Origin: Alphaproteobacteria bacterium
Lineage (GTDB): Bacteria; Pseudomonadota; Alphaproteobacteria; MPNO01
Direction: 5' to 3'
DNA: 64,000 bases
Assembly (NCBI GenBank): GCA_965248835.1
Contig: CBDFLJ010000002.1
Coordinates: 1,824,001 to 1,888,000 of the forward strand
Part shown: positions 28,548 to 38,888 of the stretch, one piece after another
How positions within the stretch are numbered: the first letter of the stretch is position 1
Layout: the number at the start of each line of letters is the position of its first letter
The notes under the pieces: generated by a model
What the model saw: the letters and a program-made list of their open reading frames with translations, nothing else
Told to the model about the DNA's origin: nothing
The model's database searches: none
Position numbers and translations under genes: made by a program

Positions 28548-29060
28548 ATGGAACCCCGGTTGACCGCGTGGCTGCGCATTCCTTCCGATGCGTTGGCAAC
28601 CATCGCCGGCGTGCTGATCGTGGTGATGATGATCCATGTGTCGGCCGACGTGTTCGGCCGGCTGGTGCTCGGCGAGCCGATTCACGGCACGCTCGAGATC
28701 GTTGCCGGTTATTACATGGTCGCCGTCCTGTTCTTGCCGCTCGCCTATGTCAGCCGCGGCGAGGGCCATATTTATATCGAGCTGTTCACCCGCAAGCTGC
28801 CGCCGCGGCTGCTCTCCGGAATCGATGCCGGCGCGGCGCTGTTGACCCTCGTCTATGTCGCTTTGATGGCCTGGCAGAGCGCGGCCGAGGCGCTGATCCA
28901 GACCGAGGACGGCGAGATGTGGGAAACCGCCGACGATCTGATCATGATCTGGCCGAGCCGCTGGCTCATTCCCGTCGGCTGCGCGTTGATGGCGATATTC
29001 TTCGCCCGCCTCGCGCTGCGGCATACCCGCCGGGCCCACGAGCGGGCAGGTCTGGGGTGA
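28548..29060 (+). CDS. dctQ: TRAP transporter small permease
   Basis: Four hydrophobic segments, DVFGR, GHIYIELF; precedes dctM. Start uncertain (GTG 28536 possible). Confidence 0.85.
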   Translation: MEPRLTAWLRIPSDALATIAGVLIVVMMIHVSADVFGRLVLGEPIHGTLEIVAGYYMVAVLFLPLAYVSRGEGHIYIELFTRKLPPRLLSGIDAGAALLTLVYVALMAWQSAAEALIQTEDGEMWETADDLIMIWPSRWLIPVGCALMAIFFARLALRHTRRAHERAGLG

Positions 29061-29097
29061 GCCGGTTGCGGCGATCGGCGCGGCCGACTGGGCTTCG

Positions 29098-30405
29098 ATG
29101 ACCTCGCTCGATATCGGCTTCGTCGGCATCGGCGCGGTGATCGTCCTGATCTCGCTCCGGGTTCCCATCGGCGCCGCGCTGGGGCTGGTCGCCCTGGTCG
29201 GAATCGCCAGCATCCGCAGCGTCGATATCGCCTTTTCGGCGCTGCGCACCACCCCCTTCGAGTTTGCCGCCCACTGGTCGCTCTCGGCGATCCCCATGTT
29301 CCTGCTGATGGGCGCGATAGCCTATCACTCGGGAATCGGCACCGCCTTGTTCAACGCCGCCCGCGTATGGGTCGGCGCTCTGCCGGGCGGGCTCGCGGTC
29401 GCCGCCACCTTCGCCTGCGCCGGCTTCGCGGCGGCCTCCGGCGCCTCGATCGCCACCGCCGCGGCGATGGGGCGCATCACGATCCCGGAGATGCTGCGGA
29501 TCAACTACGACAAGGGTCTGGCGGCCGGGGTCGTGGCCAGCGCCGGAACCCTGGGCACGCTGATCCCGCCGAGCATCCTGATGGTGCTTTACGGCATCTT
29601 CGCCGAGGTCTCGGTCAGCAAGCTGTTCATCGCCGGCATCCTGCCCGGAATCCTGACGGCGATCGTCTATAGCGGCATGATCATCGTGCGCTGCCGCATC
29701 AACCCGGATCTCGCGCCGACCATCGATTTCGCCGCGACATGGCGCGAGCGGTTCACGTCGCTCAAGGACATCTGGCCGCTGGCGGTACTGGTGATCGGCA
29801 TCATCGGCGGGCTGTATACCGGCGTGTTCACGGCGACCGAGGCGGGCGCCGCAGGCGCCGCCCTGGCCCTGGTGATCGTCACCCTGCAGGGACGGATGAC
29901 CATCGAACGGCTCAAGGCGAGCGTGCTCGAAGCACTGAGCAGCACGGCGCGGATTTTTTTCGTGGCGGTAGGCGCGGTGCTGCTGACCCGGTTCCTCGCC
30001 CTGACGGGCGTTCCTACCTTTCTCGCCGATGTCATAGGCGGCTGGGCGGGCGATCCGCTGCTTTTGGTGATCTCGGCCTCGCTGGTCTATGTCGTGCTCG
30101 GGATGTTCCTCGACCCGCTCGGCGTGATGCTGCTGACCCTGCCTTTGTTCCTGCCGATGTTCATGGCGCTCGACCTCGACCTGATCTGGTTCGGGATCCT
30201 GGTGATAAAATATCTTGAAATCGGTCTGATCACCCCGCCGGTGGGCATGAACGTCTATGTCATCAAAAGCGTGGTCGGCGATCAGATCGAGCTCGAGACG
30301 ATCTTTAAAGGCGTGGCCTGGTTCCTCGTCTGCGATGTCGTCGTGATCGCGCTGATCGTCGCCTTTCCCGACATTGCGCTCCTTCTGCCAAGCATGATGA
30401 AATAG
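29098..30405 (+). CDS. dctM: TRAP transporter large permease
   Basis: AIPMFLLMG, GTLGTLIPPS, GLITPPVGMN. Confidence 0.93.
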   Translation: MTSLDIGFVGIGAVIVLISLRVPIGAALGLVALVGIASIRSVDIAFSALRTTPFEFAAHWSLSAIPMFLLMGAIAYHSGIGTALFNAARVWVGALPGGLAVAATFACAGFAAASGASIATAAAMGRITIPEMLRINYDKGLAAGVVASAGTLGTLIPPSILMVLYGIFAEVSVSKLFIAGILPGILTAIVYSGMIIVRCRINPDLAPTIDFAATWRERFTSLKDIWPLAVLVIGIIGGLYTGVFTATEAGAAGAALALVIVTLQGRMTIERLKASVLEALSSTARIFFVAVGAVLLTRFLALTGVPTFLADVIGGWAGDPLLLVISASLVYVVLGMFLDPLGVMLLTLPLFLPMFMALDLDLIWFGILVIKYLEIGLITPPVGMNVYVIKSVVGDQIELETIFKGVAWFLVCDVVVIALIVAFPDIALLLPSMMK

Positions 30406-30450
30406 GCAATGACCGAGGACCCCGCCAACAACGAATTGAGGGAGGATCGA

Positions 30451-31572
30451 ATGGTTCACCAACGGACTCTATGGGCCGGCGCTCTGCTCGCCGCGGGCTT
30501 GACTCTGGCCGGAAACGCCGTCGCCAAGGAGCTGATCTTCGGCAGCGCGCTGCCGCCGCAGCATAACGTCAACAAGCTGGGGCTTGCGCCGACCTTGGCG
30601 GCGATCGAGAAGAAGTCAGGTGGATCGCTCAAGTGGAAACTGCTTACCGGCGGCCAGCTTTTCGGCTTGCGCGCGTCCTTGACCAGTGTCGGCGGCGGCA
30701 TGGCCGATGCCGGAATCATCATCCCGAGCTTCGTCCAGTCCAAGCTGCCCCATGTCTACACCATCGTCGACATGGCGATGTTCGCCGAGGACGGCGTGGT
30801 CGCGGCGGCCGCGGCCGCGGAAACCATCTTCCATGACTGCCCGGAATGCCTGGCCGATTTCAAGAAGCAGAAGACGGTGCCGCTCGGGTTCTACGCCCTG
30901 ACCACCTATCACCTGATGTGCAACACCAAGGTTACCAACCTCGCCGAGGTCAAGGGTAAGCGCATGCGGACCTCGGGGGCCAATGGCAGATGGGCCAGGG
31001 CGATGGGCGGCACACCGATCCAGATGAGCGGCGCCGACATGATCGAAGCCCTCCAGCGCGGGCAAATCGATTGCACGATCGGCCCGTTAGGTTGGATCAA
31101 AGCCTATTCGATCGCCGAGTACATCACCCATGTGATCGATTTCCCGATGGGTAATTTCGCCGCCGCCGGGCATTTCGTGATGAACCGCGCGGCCTGGGAC
31201 GGGCTGACCCTGGCGGAGAAGAAGATCATGATCGAAGCCATGCCCAATTCCGGCGCGATGGCCTCGATCGACGGCTACGCGCGCGACGAGAAGACCGGCG
31301 CCGACATGGTCCGCAAGCGCGGCGCGGTGTTCAGCAAGGGCGGCAAGGAGTTCCAGGACCTGATGGAGCAGCACCGCGCCAACGAGTTGACCACCATCAT
31401 CGCCGCCGCCAAGAAGCGGCGGGTCAAGAACCCGGAGAAGGTGATCGAGGCTTACCGCGCCAATGTCGCGAAGTGGCAAAAATTGCTGGAAGGCAAGACC
31501 CGCGATACCGCGACGATCAGGGATCTGCTGTGGACGGAGATCTACTCCAGGATCGATCCCGCCACGCTGTGA
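30451..31572 (+). CDS. dctP: TRAP substrate-binding protein
   Basis: Signal peptide, KGKRMR, EALQRGQID; GGAGG RBS. Confidence 0.88.
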   Translation: MVHQRTLWAGALLAAGLTLAGNAVAKELIFGSALPPQHNVNKLGLAPTLAAIEKKSGGSLKWKLLTGGQLFGLRASLTSVGGGMADAGIIIPSFVQSKLPHVYTIVDMAMFAEDGVVAAAAAAETIFHDCPECLADFKKQKTVPLGFYALTTYHLMCNTKVTNLAEVKGKRMRTSGANGRWARAMGGTPIQMSGADMIEALQRGQIDCTIGPLGWIKAYSIAEYITHVIDFPMGNFAAAGHFVMNRAAWDGLTLAEKKIMIEAMPNSGAMASIDGYARDEKTGADMVRKRGAVFSKGGKEFQDLMEQHRANELTTIIAAAKKRRVKNPEKVIEAYRANVAKWQKLLEGKTRDTATIRDLLWTEIYSRIDPATL

Positions 31573-31644
31573 TCGCCCGGTAATCCGAAGCCCGGCGGCG
31601 CGGCCGAGCGTCGGCCGCCGGGTTGCGCGCACGCGGAGCGGAGA

Positions 31645-33369
31645 ATGGACCACGACCCGATCATCCTCGCGCTGACCCAGAACCGGCTCGACCACATCTC
31701 CCACCAGATGGGCTGGGTCATGGTGCGCACCGCGCGCAGCCCGATCTTCAGCCAGGCGCACGACTTCTCGTGTTTCATCGCCGGTCCCAACGGCGAGGTA
31801 GTCAGCCAGGCCGACGGCATCCCGATCCATACCGGCAGCGGCGGGTTCGGGGTGCGCGCCATCCTGCGCGACTTCGCCGACGTGATGGAGGAAGGCGACG
31901 TCTATCTGCTGAACGACCCCTGGGCGGCCGGCGGCAACCACCTGCCCGACTGGGTGATCGCACGGCCGGTGTTCGTCGCCGGCAGCTTCGTCGGAATGAC
32001 ATGCAACCGCGCGCACCAGTCCGACATCGGCGGCGGGGCTGCCGGGGCCTACAACCCCTCGGCCACCGACGTCTTTCAGGAGGGCATCCGGCTGCCGGTG
32101 CTGCGCCTTGTCGAGGCCGGCACGATGCGCAACGACCTGTGGCGGCTGTTGATGCTCAATACGCGCACGCCGCACCTGCTGGACGGCGACCTGCGCGCCA
32201 TGCTGGGCTCGACCCGGATCGGGATGGAGCGGGTCGCGGCACTGGCCGAGGAGCTCGGCACAGAGGCCGCTCTGTCCTATTTCCACGGCGTGCTGGACCA
32301 CGCCGACCGCTGCCTGCGCGCCGAGATCGCGGCCATGCCGGACGGGGTCTACGAGGCCGAGGACCGTTCGGACAACGACTGCTTCGAGATCCGCGACGTG
32401 ACGGTCCGCGTTGCGGTGACCATCAAGGGCGATTCACTCACGGTCGACTTCACCGGAAGCGATGCACAGATCAAGGGCTTCAAGAACTCGTCGCTGGCCA
32501 ACACCCATTCCGCGGTCTACACCGCGCTTGCCTCGTTCCTCGATCCCACGCTGCCGCACAACGAGGGCGCTTTCCGCTGCGTCGACCTGGTCGCGCCGGA
32601 AGGCACGATCGTCAACGCCCGCGAAGGCGCGCCGACCACCATGTGCACCGTCTTCTTCGCCCACGAGATCATCCACGCCGTCTGGAAGGCGCTGGCCAAG
32701 GCCGACCCGGCGCGCGGCTGCGCCGGCTGGGCGAAGAACGTCTTCGGCATCTCGGTCGGCAAGGAGGCCAACGGCGATCCCTACGTCTTCTACCACGGCG
32801 CTGCGGCGGCCGGCAGCGGGGCGGTCGACGGCCGCGACGGGTTCAACCAGATCGGCCATGTCTGCACCCTGGGCGGGCTGACCATGCCCAATATCGAGGT
32901 CTACGAGCAGCTCTACCCCGTCCGGTTCCACCGTCAGGAGTTCCGGCTCGACGCCGCGGGCCACGGCACTTGGCGCGGCGGCAGCGGTGCGAACTACGAG
33001 GTCGAGATGCTGACCGATGCCACCCATTCCTTTCGCGGCGAGGGGCTCGACTACGAGACCGGCTACGGCGTGAACGGCGGCGGCCCCGGCGCGCCGGGGC
33101 GGATGCATCTGCGCTTCGCCGAAGGAAGCGAGACGCCGGCGCCGAAGTTCGGGCTCGAAGCGACCGGCCCGGTCCGCTTTCTCACCCAGTCGCCGGGCGG
33201 CGGCGGCTGGGGCGATCCGCTGGAGCGCAACCCCGAGCGCGTCGTGCGCGACCTGCGCGACGAGATCATCTCCGAGGCGACGATGCGCGATGTCTACGGC
33301 GTCGTGCTTGCCGCCGACGGCAAGAGCGTCGACGCCGAGGCGACTGCGGCCCTCCGCCGGGGTCGTTGA
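31645..33369 (+). CDS. Hydantoinase B / oxoprolinase family subunit
   Basis: RTARSPI, NDPWAAGGNHLPD, AHQSDIGG, QEGIRLP, PGGGGWGDPLER. Confidence 0.92.
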   Translation: MDHDPIILALTQNRLDHISHQMGWVMVRTARSPIFSQAHDFSCFIAGPNGEVVSQADGIPIHTGSGGFGVRAILRDFADVMEEGDVYLLNDPWAAGGNHLPDWVIARPVFVAGSFVGMTCNRAHQSDIGGGAAGAYNPSATDVFQEGIRLPVLRLVEAGTMRNDLWRLLMLNTRTPHLLDGDLRAMLGSTRIGMERVAALAEELGTEAALSYFHGVLDHADRCLRAEIAAMPDGVYEAEDRSDNDCFEIRDVTVRVAVTIKGDSLTVDFTGSDAQIKGFKNSSLANTHSAVYTALASFLDPTLPHNEGAFRCVDLVAPEGTIVNAREGAPTTMCTVFFAHEIIHAVWKALAKADPARGCAGWAKNVFGISVGKEANGDPYVFYHGAAAAGSGAVDGRDGFNQIGHVCTLGGLTMPNIEVYEQLYPVRFHRQEFRLDAAGHGTWRGGSGANYEVEMLTDATHSFRGEGLDYETGYGVNGGGPGAPGRMHLRFAEGSETPAPKFGLEATGPVRFLTQSPGGGGWGDPLERNPERVVRDLRDEIISEATMRDVYGVVLAADGKSVDAEATAALRRGR

Positions 33370-33426
33370 CAAGCCGGGACAAACTGCCGAGGCTCCACCG
33401 GCAATAATCGGAACCGGGAGGAGTCA

Positions 33427-34449
33427 ATGAGCGCCCGTTCGAGTACGCCGCTGTCGCGCAGGGAATTCGTCAAGACCTCGGCCGCCGCAGCGGTCGGCAC
33501 CGGGGCCGCAATCACCGGCTTCCCGGCGATCGGCGCGTCCAAGCGCAAGCTGCGTTACATAACGATCATCAACAAGAAGACCGTCTGGGGGAAATGCTAC
33601 GAGTTCCTCGCCGCCGAGGTCGACAGGATGTCGGGCGGCGAGCTGAAGATCGAATATGCCGGCGGCTCCGAGGTCATCAGCGGGTTCGACGCGCCCGAGG
33701 CCGTCGCCAACGGCGTCTTCGACATGAGCCACTCGGCGAACTCCTATTTCGCCGGCGCCATGCCGTCCTCGATCTCGCTGGCCAGCGGCAACGCCTCGAT
33801 CGAGCAGCTGCGCGATGCCGGTGCGCTGGATGCCTACGCCGATATCATGATGAAGAAGCGCGGCACGATCCTGCTCGGCATCCCGATGAGCGGCGTGGGC
33901 TATGTCTTCCAGGTCAGTTTCCGGCCGACGGATCTTTCGGCGTTCAAAGGCAGGAAAATCCGCTCCATTCCGCTCTACGACCCGATCCTGGAAACGCTGG
34001 GCGCAATCCCGGTGACGACCTCGCCCGCCGAGGCCTACACCGCGATGGAGCGCGGCGTGGTCGACGGGCTCGGCTGGCCCGATCTCGGCCTGCTCGACTT
34101 CAAGTTCTACGAGCACGCCAAGTACATCGTCTCGCCGACCTACTACCAGCTCCGCACCTGTACGCTGATCAACCCGAACAGCTTCAATCGGCTCCCCGAG
34201 GAGCTCCAGAACATCCTGGTCAAGGCCTCGAACTCGGCCGACCGGATCGGTGAGGCATGGTGCAAAGAGACCCGCGACGCCGAGCATGCCGAGATGAAGA
34301 AACACGGTGTCGAGATCGTCGCGCTGCCGCCGGCCGATGCCAAGCGGTTCGTCGATCTGACCGAGGAGAAGCTCTGGGCCAAGATCCTCAAGCAGGCGCC
34401 GGAGAACGGCGCACGGCTCAAGGTGCTGTTCGAAAAGGCGGCCGCCTGA
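33427..34449 (+). CDS. dctP: TRAP substrate-binding protein with Tat signal
   Basis: SRREFVK twin-arginine motif; KGRKIR; EAYTAMERGVVDG. Confidence 0.9.
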   Translation: MSARSSTPLSRREFVKTSAAAAVGTGAAITGFPAIGASKRKLRYITIINKKTVWGKCYEFLAAEVDRMSGGELKIEYAGGSEVISGFDAPEAVANGVFDMSHSANSYFAGAMPSSISLASGNASIEQLRDAGALDAYADIMMKKRGTILLGIPMSGVGYVFQVSFRPTDLSAFKGRKIRSIPLYDPILETLGAIPVTTSPAEAYTAMERGVVDGLGWPDLGLLDFKFYEHAKYIVSPTYYQLRTCTLINPNSFNRLPEELQNILVKASNSADRIGEAWCKETRDAEHAEMKKHGVEIVALPPADAKRFVDLTEEKLWAKILKQAPENGARLKVLFEKAAA

Positions 34450-34528
34450 GGGCCGGACTCCCTCCCCTACGCGACGGCGGCAGGCGCGCGAGTCCGCCGC
34501 CGCCCTGCCGCCTGGTGGAGCGGACGTC

Positions 34529-35077
34529 ATGGATCGGCTGATAAAAATCGTCGAGTGGCCGGCCCGGTGGCTAGCCTATTTGTCGGCGCTCCTCATCCTG
34601 TCGATGAGCCTGTGGATCACCTATGACGTTCTCACCCGCAACCTGCTGGGCTGGTCCTCGCCCTGGGCGTTCGACCTGTCGGAATACGCGCTGGTCTGGA
34701 TGACCTTCCTCGCGGCCCCGTGGATCCTGCTGCGCGACGGTCACGTCCGCGTCGAGCTCGTGGTCGATGCCGTGGGCGTGCGCACCCAGCGGGCGATCGG
34801 CATCACGGTATCGATCATCGGGCTCATGGTTTGCCTGGTGCTCGCCTGGCGCACCGGGATCGCGGCCATCGAATATGCCCAGAACGATGTCCGGATGGCC
34901 CGGATCTGGAACATCGCGCGAATATACCCCTACATCGCGGTGCCGTTCGGCAGCGCCGCCCTGGCGGTCGCCTTCATCGCGCGGTTGGCTCTCTACCTGC
35001 GGGACCGCGACCCCGAAGCGCGCTTGCGCGCGGCCGGCGGCCATGCCGGGGGCACCGACGCGACGGGCCGGATCTGA
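34529..35077 (+). CDS. dctQ: TRAP transporter small permease
   Basis: DVLTRN, SEYALVW, GHVRVEL. Confidence 0.88.
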   Translation: MDRLIKIVEWPARWLAYLSALLILSMSLWITYDVLTRNLLGWSSPWAFDLSEYALVWMTFLAAPWILLRDGHVRVELVVDAVGVRTQRAIGITVSIIGLMVCLVLAWRTGIAAIEYAQNDVRMARIWNIARIYPYIAVPFGSAALAVAFIARLALYLRDRDPEARLRAAGGHAGGTDATGRI

Positions 35078-35089
35078 AGGGGTAGGCGG

Positions 35090-36406
35090 TTGGAGGTCGA
35101 CTGGTCGGTCCTGCTGCTGATCTTCTTCGTCCTGCTGATCCTCGTCCTGGGCAGCGGGATGCCGGTGGCCTTCGGCTTCCTGACCCTCAACATCCTCGGG
35201 CTCTATTTCTTCATGGGCGGCGAGGTCGCGCTGTCGCTGCTGGCGACCAGCGCGTTCTCCTCGGTTGGCCAGTTCGTGCTGATCCCGATCCCGCTGTTCA
35301 TTCTGATGGGCGAACTGCTGATGCGCACCGGGCTGGCCAACATGACCGTCGATGCAGCCGATCACTGGATCGGGCGGTTGCCGGGCCGGCTTGCGGTCTC
35401 GGCCGTCGGCGGCGGAACGCTGTTCGGGGCGCTCAGCGGCGCCAGCATGGCTTCGGTCGCGATGCTCGGCTCGACGCTTGTGCCGGAGATGCAGCGCCGC
35501 GAATACAAACCGGAACTCTCGGTCGGCGCGATCCTGGCCGGCGGCGGGCTGGCGGTGCTGATCCCGCCCAGCGCGCTCGGCGTGCTGCTGGGCGCGCTCG
35601 CCAAGGTCTCGATCGCCAAGCTGCTGCTCGCCGGGCTGCTGCCGGGGCTCGTCCTGGCCGGGCTGTATTTCGCCTACTTCACCCTGCGCGCCAAGTTCCA
35701 GCCCCACCTGGCTCCGCCTTACGTCGCGCCGCCGATGACGCTGCCGCAGCGCCTGCGCAGTCTGCTGGTGGTCTCGCCTTTGTTCAGCCTGATCATCGTG
35801 GTGACCGGGTTCATCTTCCTGGGCATCGCGACGCCCACCGAGGCCGCGGCGATGGGCGCGGTGGCGACCCTGATCATCGCGGCCTGCTACCGCCGGCTGA
35901 GCTGGCAGGCGGTCAAGACCGCGCTGATCTCGACGACGACCACAACCTCGATGATGCTGCTGGTGATCGTGGGCTCGTCCGGGTTCTCGCAGATCCTGGC
36001 CGCTACCGGCACGACCTCCTCGCTGGTGGACGCGGTCAGCGCGCTCGATCTGTCGCCGATCGTGATGGTGATCATCATGCAGCTCATGGTGCTGGTGCTC
36101 GGCTGCTTCATCGACACGATCTCGATCATGATGGTCTCGATCCCGGTCTTCATGCCGCTGGTGCTGTCCCTGGGGCTCGATCCGATCTGGTTCTCGATCC
36201 TGATCCTGGTCCAGCTCGAGCTTGCCGGGATCACCCCGCCCTTCGGGGTGCTGCTGTTCGTCATGAAGGGCGTCCAGCCGCTCCTCGGCATGTCGCAGAT
36301 CTATCGCGCGGCGCTGCCGATCGTGGTGATCCAGATCGCGCTGGTCGGACTCCTGATGGTCTTTCCCGGCATCGTCACCATCCTGCCGACGATGATGGGC
36401 CGATAG
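35090..36406 (+). CDS. dctM: TRAP transporter large permease
   Basis: PIPLFILMG, GGLAVLIPPS, ITPPFG. Confidence 0.93.
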   Translation: MEVDWSVLLLIFFVLLILVLGSGMPVAFGFLTLNILGLYFFMGGEVALSLLATSAFSSVGQFVLIPIPLFILMGELLMRTGLANMTVDAADHWIGRLPGRLAVSAVGGGTLFGALSGASMASVAMLGSTLVPEMQRREYKPELSVGAILAGGGLAVLIPPSALGVLLGALAKVSIAKLLLAGLLPGLVLAGLYFAYFTLRAKFQPHLAPPYVAPPMTLPQRLRSLLVVSPLFSLIIVVTGFIFLGIATPTEAAAMGAVATLIIAACYRRLSWQAVKTALISTTTTTSMMLLVIVGSSGFSQILAATGTTSSLVDAVSALDLSPIVMVIIMQLMVLVLGCFIDTISIMMVSIPVFMPLVLSLGLDPIWFSILILVQLELAGITPPFGVLLFVMKGVQPLLGMSQIYRAALPIVVIQIALVGLLMVFPGIVTILPTMMGR

Positions 36407-36496
36407 GGACCGTTCTCGGACGCGCCGGACGACGGCCGAATCAAGCCGTTTCCGTGATCCCCCGGAACGCCGGTCCGGGCTTGAAGGACCGGACGG

Positions 36497-37603
36497 TCAA
36501 TAGCTCGGATTGAAGATCCGCGCGGCTTGATACTGCTTGGGCCAGGCCGGATCCTCGGTGCCCATCGCGCGCGCGGCGTGGCGGGTGAAATAGGGATCGT
36601 AGAGATGGCCCTTTGCGAGCACGCAGAGGTCCGCCTTGCCTTCGGCGATGATCGCGTTGATCTCGTCCGGCCCGGAGATGTTTCCCACCGTCATCGTCGG
36701 AATGCCCGCTTCCTTGCGCACCTTCTCGCTGAACGGGGTCTGGAACAGCCCGCCCGCCGTTGGCCGCGCGCCGGCGACCACGTTGCCGCTGGAGACCGTC
36801 AGGATGTCGAGACCCGCCTGCTTGGCCATGCGACCGATCTCGACGGCATCTTCGGCCGTCGTGCCGCCGGGGATCCAATCCACCGCCGAAATCCGCGCGG
36901 AAATCGGTTTGTCCTGCGGCCAGTTCTCGCGGACAGCGGAGAAGACCTCGAGCGGGAAACGCATGCGGTTCTCCAGCGGCCCGCCATATTCGTCCTCCCG
37001 CTTGTTGCTGACCGGCGAGATGAAGGTGGACAGAAGATAGCCGTGGGCGAAATGGAGCTCGATCGCATCGAAGCCCGCTTCGTCGGCCATCCGGGCGCCG
37101 CGCGCGAAATCGCCGCGGACCTTGTCCATGTCCGCGCGGTCCATCGCCCTGGGCGTCTGGCTGCCCTCGCCGAACGGGATCGCCGAGGGCGCGTAGATCT
37201 GCCAGCTTTCGGCCGCCTCCAGCGGGCCGCCGCCTTCCCAGGCGACCTTGGTGGCGGCCTTGCGCCCGGCATGGGCAAGCTGGATGCCGATCCTGGCCTC
37301 GCTATTGGCATGGACGAAGTCGACGATGCGGCGCCAGGCTCCGACATGCTCGGGCTTGTACATCCCGGCGCAGCCGGGCGAGATCCGCCCCTCGCGCGAG
37401 ACGTCGGTCATCTCGGTCAGCACCAGGCCCGCCCCGCCCATCGCCCGGCTGCCGAGGTGGACCAGATGGAAGTCGCCGACCGTGCCGTCGTCGGCCGAAT
37501 ACATGCACATCGGCGAGACCACGACACGATTGTTCAGTTCCATCCCGCGCAGGGAAAACGGCGTGAAGATCGGCGCCAGGACGGCGCCGGCATCATCGGG
37601 CAT
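36497..37603 (-). CDS. NADH:flavin oxidoreductase (OYE family)
   Basis: NRVVVSPMCMYSA, QLAHAGRKA, ELHFAHGYLLSTF. Confidence 0.9.
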   Translation of the reverse strand: MPDDAGAVLAPIFTPFSLRGMELNNRVVVSPMCMYSADDGTVGDFHLVHLGSRAMGGAGLVLTEMTDVSREGRISPGCAGMYKPEHVGAWRRIVDFVHANSEARIGIQLAHAGRKAATKVAWEGGGPLEAAESWQIYAPSAIPFGEGSQTPRAMDRADMDKVRGDFARGARMADEAGFDAIELHFAHGYLLSTFISPVSNKREDEYGGPLENRMRFPLEVFSAVRENWPQDKPISARISAVDWIPGGTTAEDAVEIGRMAKQAGLDILTVSSGNVVAGARPTAGGLFQTPFSEKVRKEAGIPTMTVGNISGPDEINAIIAEGKADLCVLAKGHLYDPYFTRHAARAMGTEDPAWPKQYQAARIFNPSY

Positions 37604-38468
37604 TCTCGTACTCTGCAATGGTCTCGAAGGGCTGGGCACCCTCCGTCGTCGTGCGCTGCAGAAGCCGGCGCTCGGATCCGGGGAAATCGGTCCGCGCGTG
37701 GGTGACGCAGCGGTTGTCCCACATCACCAGGTCGCCCGGCCGCCAGACATGTTCGTAGACGATCGCCGGGTCCTCCGAGTAGCTCAGCAACTCCTCGATC
37801 AAAGCATCGCTTTCCGCCTCGTCCATCCCGTTGATCCGGGCGGTCATCAGCCGGTTGACGTAGAGCGCCTGGCGGCCGGTCTCGGCATGGGTGATCGCCA
37901 CCGGGTGGGAGAAATGCGCGACATCGGAAATGTCGGCGCGCAATCGCGGCCGGTCGGTGCGCAGGTATTCGTGCATCTGCAGCGCGGTGCGGCCGCGGAT
38001 TCTTTCCCTGGTCCGCTCGGGCAGCCGTTCGTAGGCGGTGTACATGTTGGCGAACAGCGTGTTGCCCCCGACCGGGGGGATCTCGATGCCGTACAGCAGG
38101 GTCGCCTTGTGCGGGCTGCGGTCGTAGCACATGTCGGAATGGAACCACATTTCGCCGTCATGGGGCAGACCGAGCGGCTTGCCGTCGCGACGGACATTGG
38201 AGACGATCATGATCCCCGGCTCCAGCGGCTTGCCGTCGAGGCCGACCTGCGGCCGCGGCGAGCGCACCCCGCCCGGGACCCCGAAATGCCGGGTGAAGGC
38301 GAGCTGCTGGTGCTGGTCGATCTGCTGGCCGCGGAAGACGATCACCAGATGGTCGAGCCAGGCCCGGTGAATCCGGGCCAACACCTGCGGGCCGAGCGGC
38401 CGGGCGAGATCGACACCCTTGATCTCCGCGCCCAAGGCCGACGAGAGGGGGACCACCTCGATGTTCAT
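37593..38468 (-). CDS. TauD/TfdA family 2-oxoglutarate dioxygenase
   Basis: LGAEIKGVDL, WFHSD, GGNTLFA, WDNRCVTHAR. Confidence 0.92.
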   Translation of the reverse strand: MNIEVVPLSSALGAEIKGVDLARPLGPQVLARIHRAWLDHLVIVFRGQQIDQHQQLAFTRHFGVPGGVRSPRPQVGLDGKPLEPGIMIVSNVRRDGKPLGLPHDGEMWFHSDMCYDRSPHKATLLYGIEIPPVGGNTLFANMYTAYERLPERTRERIRGRTALQMHEYLRTDRPRLRADISDVAHFSHPVAITHAETGRQALYVNRLMTARINGMDEAESDALIEELLSYSEDPAIVYEHVWRPGDLVMWDNRCVTHARTDFPGSERRLLQRTTTEGAQPFETIAEYENAR

Positions 38469-38888
38469 CAACCATCTCCCATGCCGGTTCGCTGCACCGG
38501 CGCCGTCACCACCGGGCGGACCCGGGCGCTCTCGGCTTCCCGAAAAGCGGCGTATTTCGCGGCGTCGCGGACGACTGCGCGCCAATTGTATTGCGCATCG
38601 CGCGCGGCCTGGCAGTCGCCGCGACAGGATGCCATATTCCGTCTTCCCTTGACGCCACCGGCCGCGCGCGAATTATGCCGTCGCAATGAATCGGCGGCAA
38701 TCCTGGCGTGCCGACGGGCCGGGGCAGCGCCAAATCCGGTTGACGGATCAGCGCTTTCCCGCCAGCATGGCCAACCAAATCAATTAGCATTCCAAGGGAG
38801 GCTCCAGTCGAACAGCCATGGACGGAAGTCCTGCCCGGCCGGAGCGGAAGGCGGCGCAGCCCGCTAGACAAGCGATGGGAGCACGTAG

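Noticed and set aside
36441-36484. TCAAGCC...GGCTTGA inverted repeat between convergent genes
   Set aside because: Short stem with a long loop and no U tract; too weak to call a terminator.
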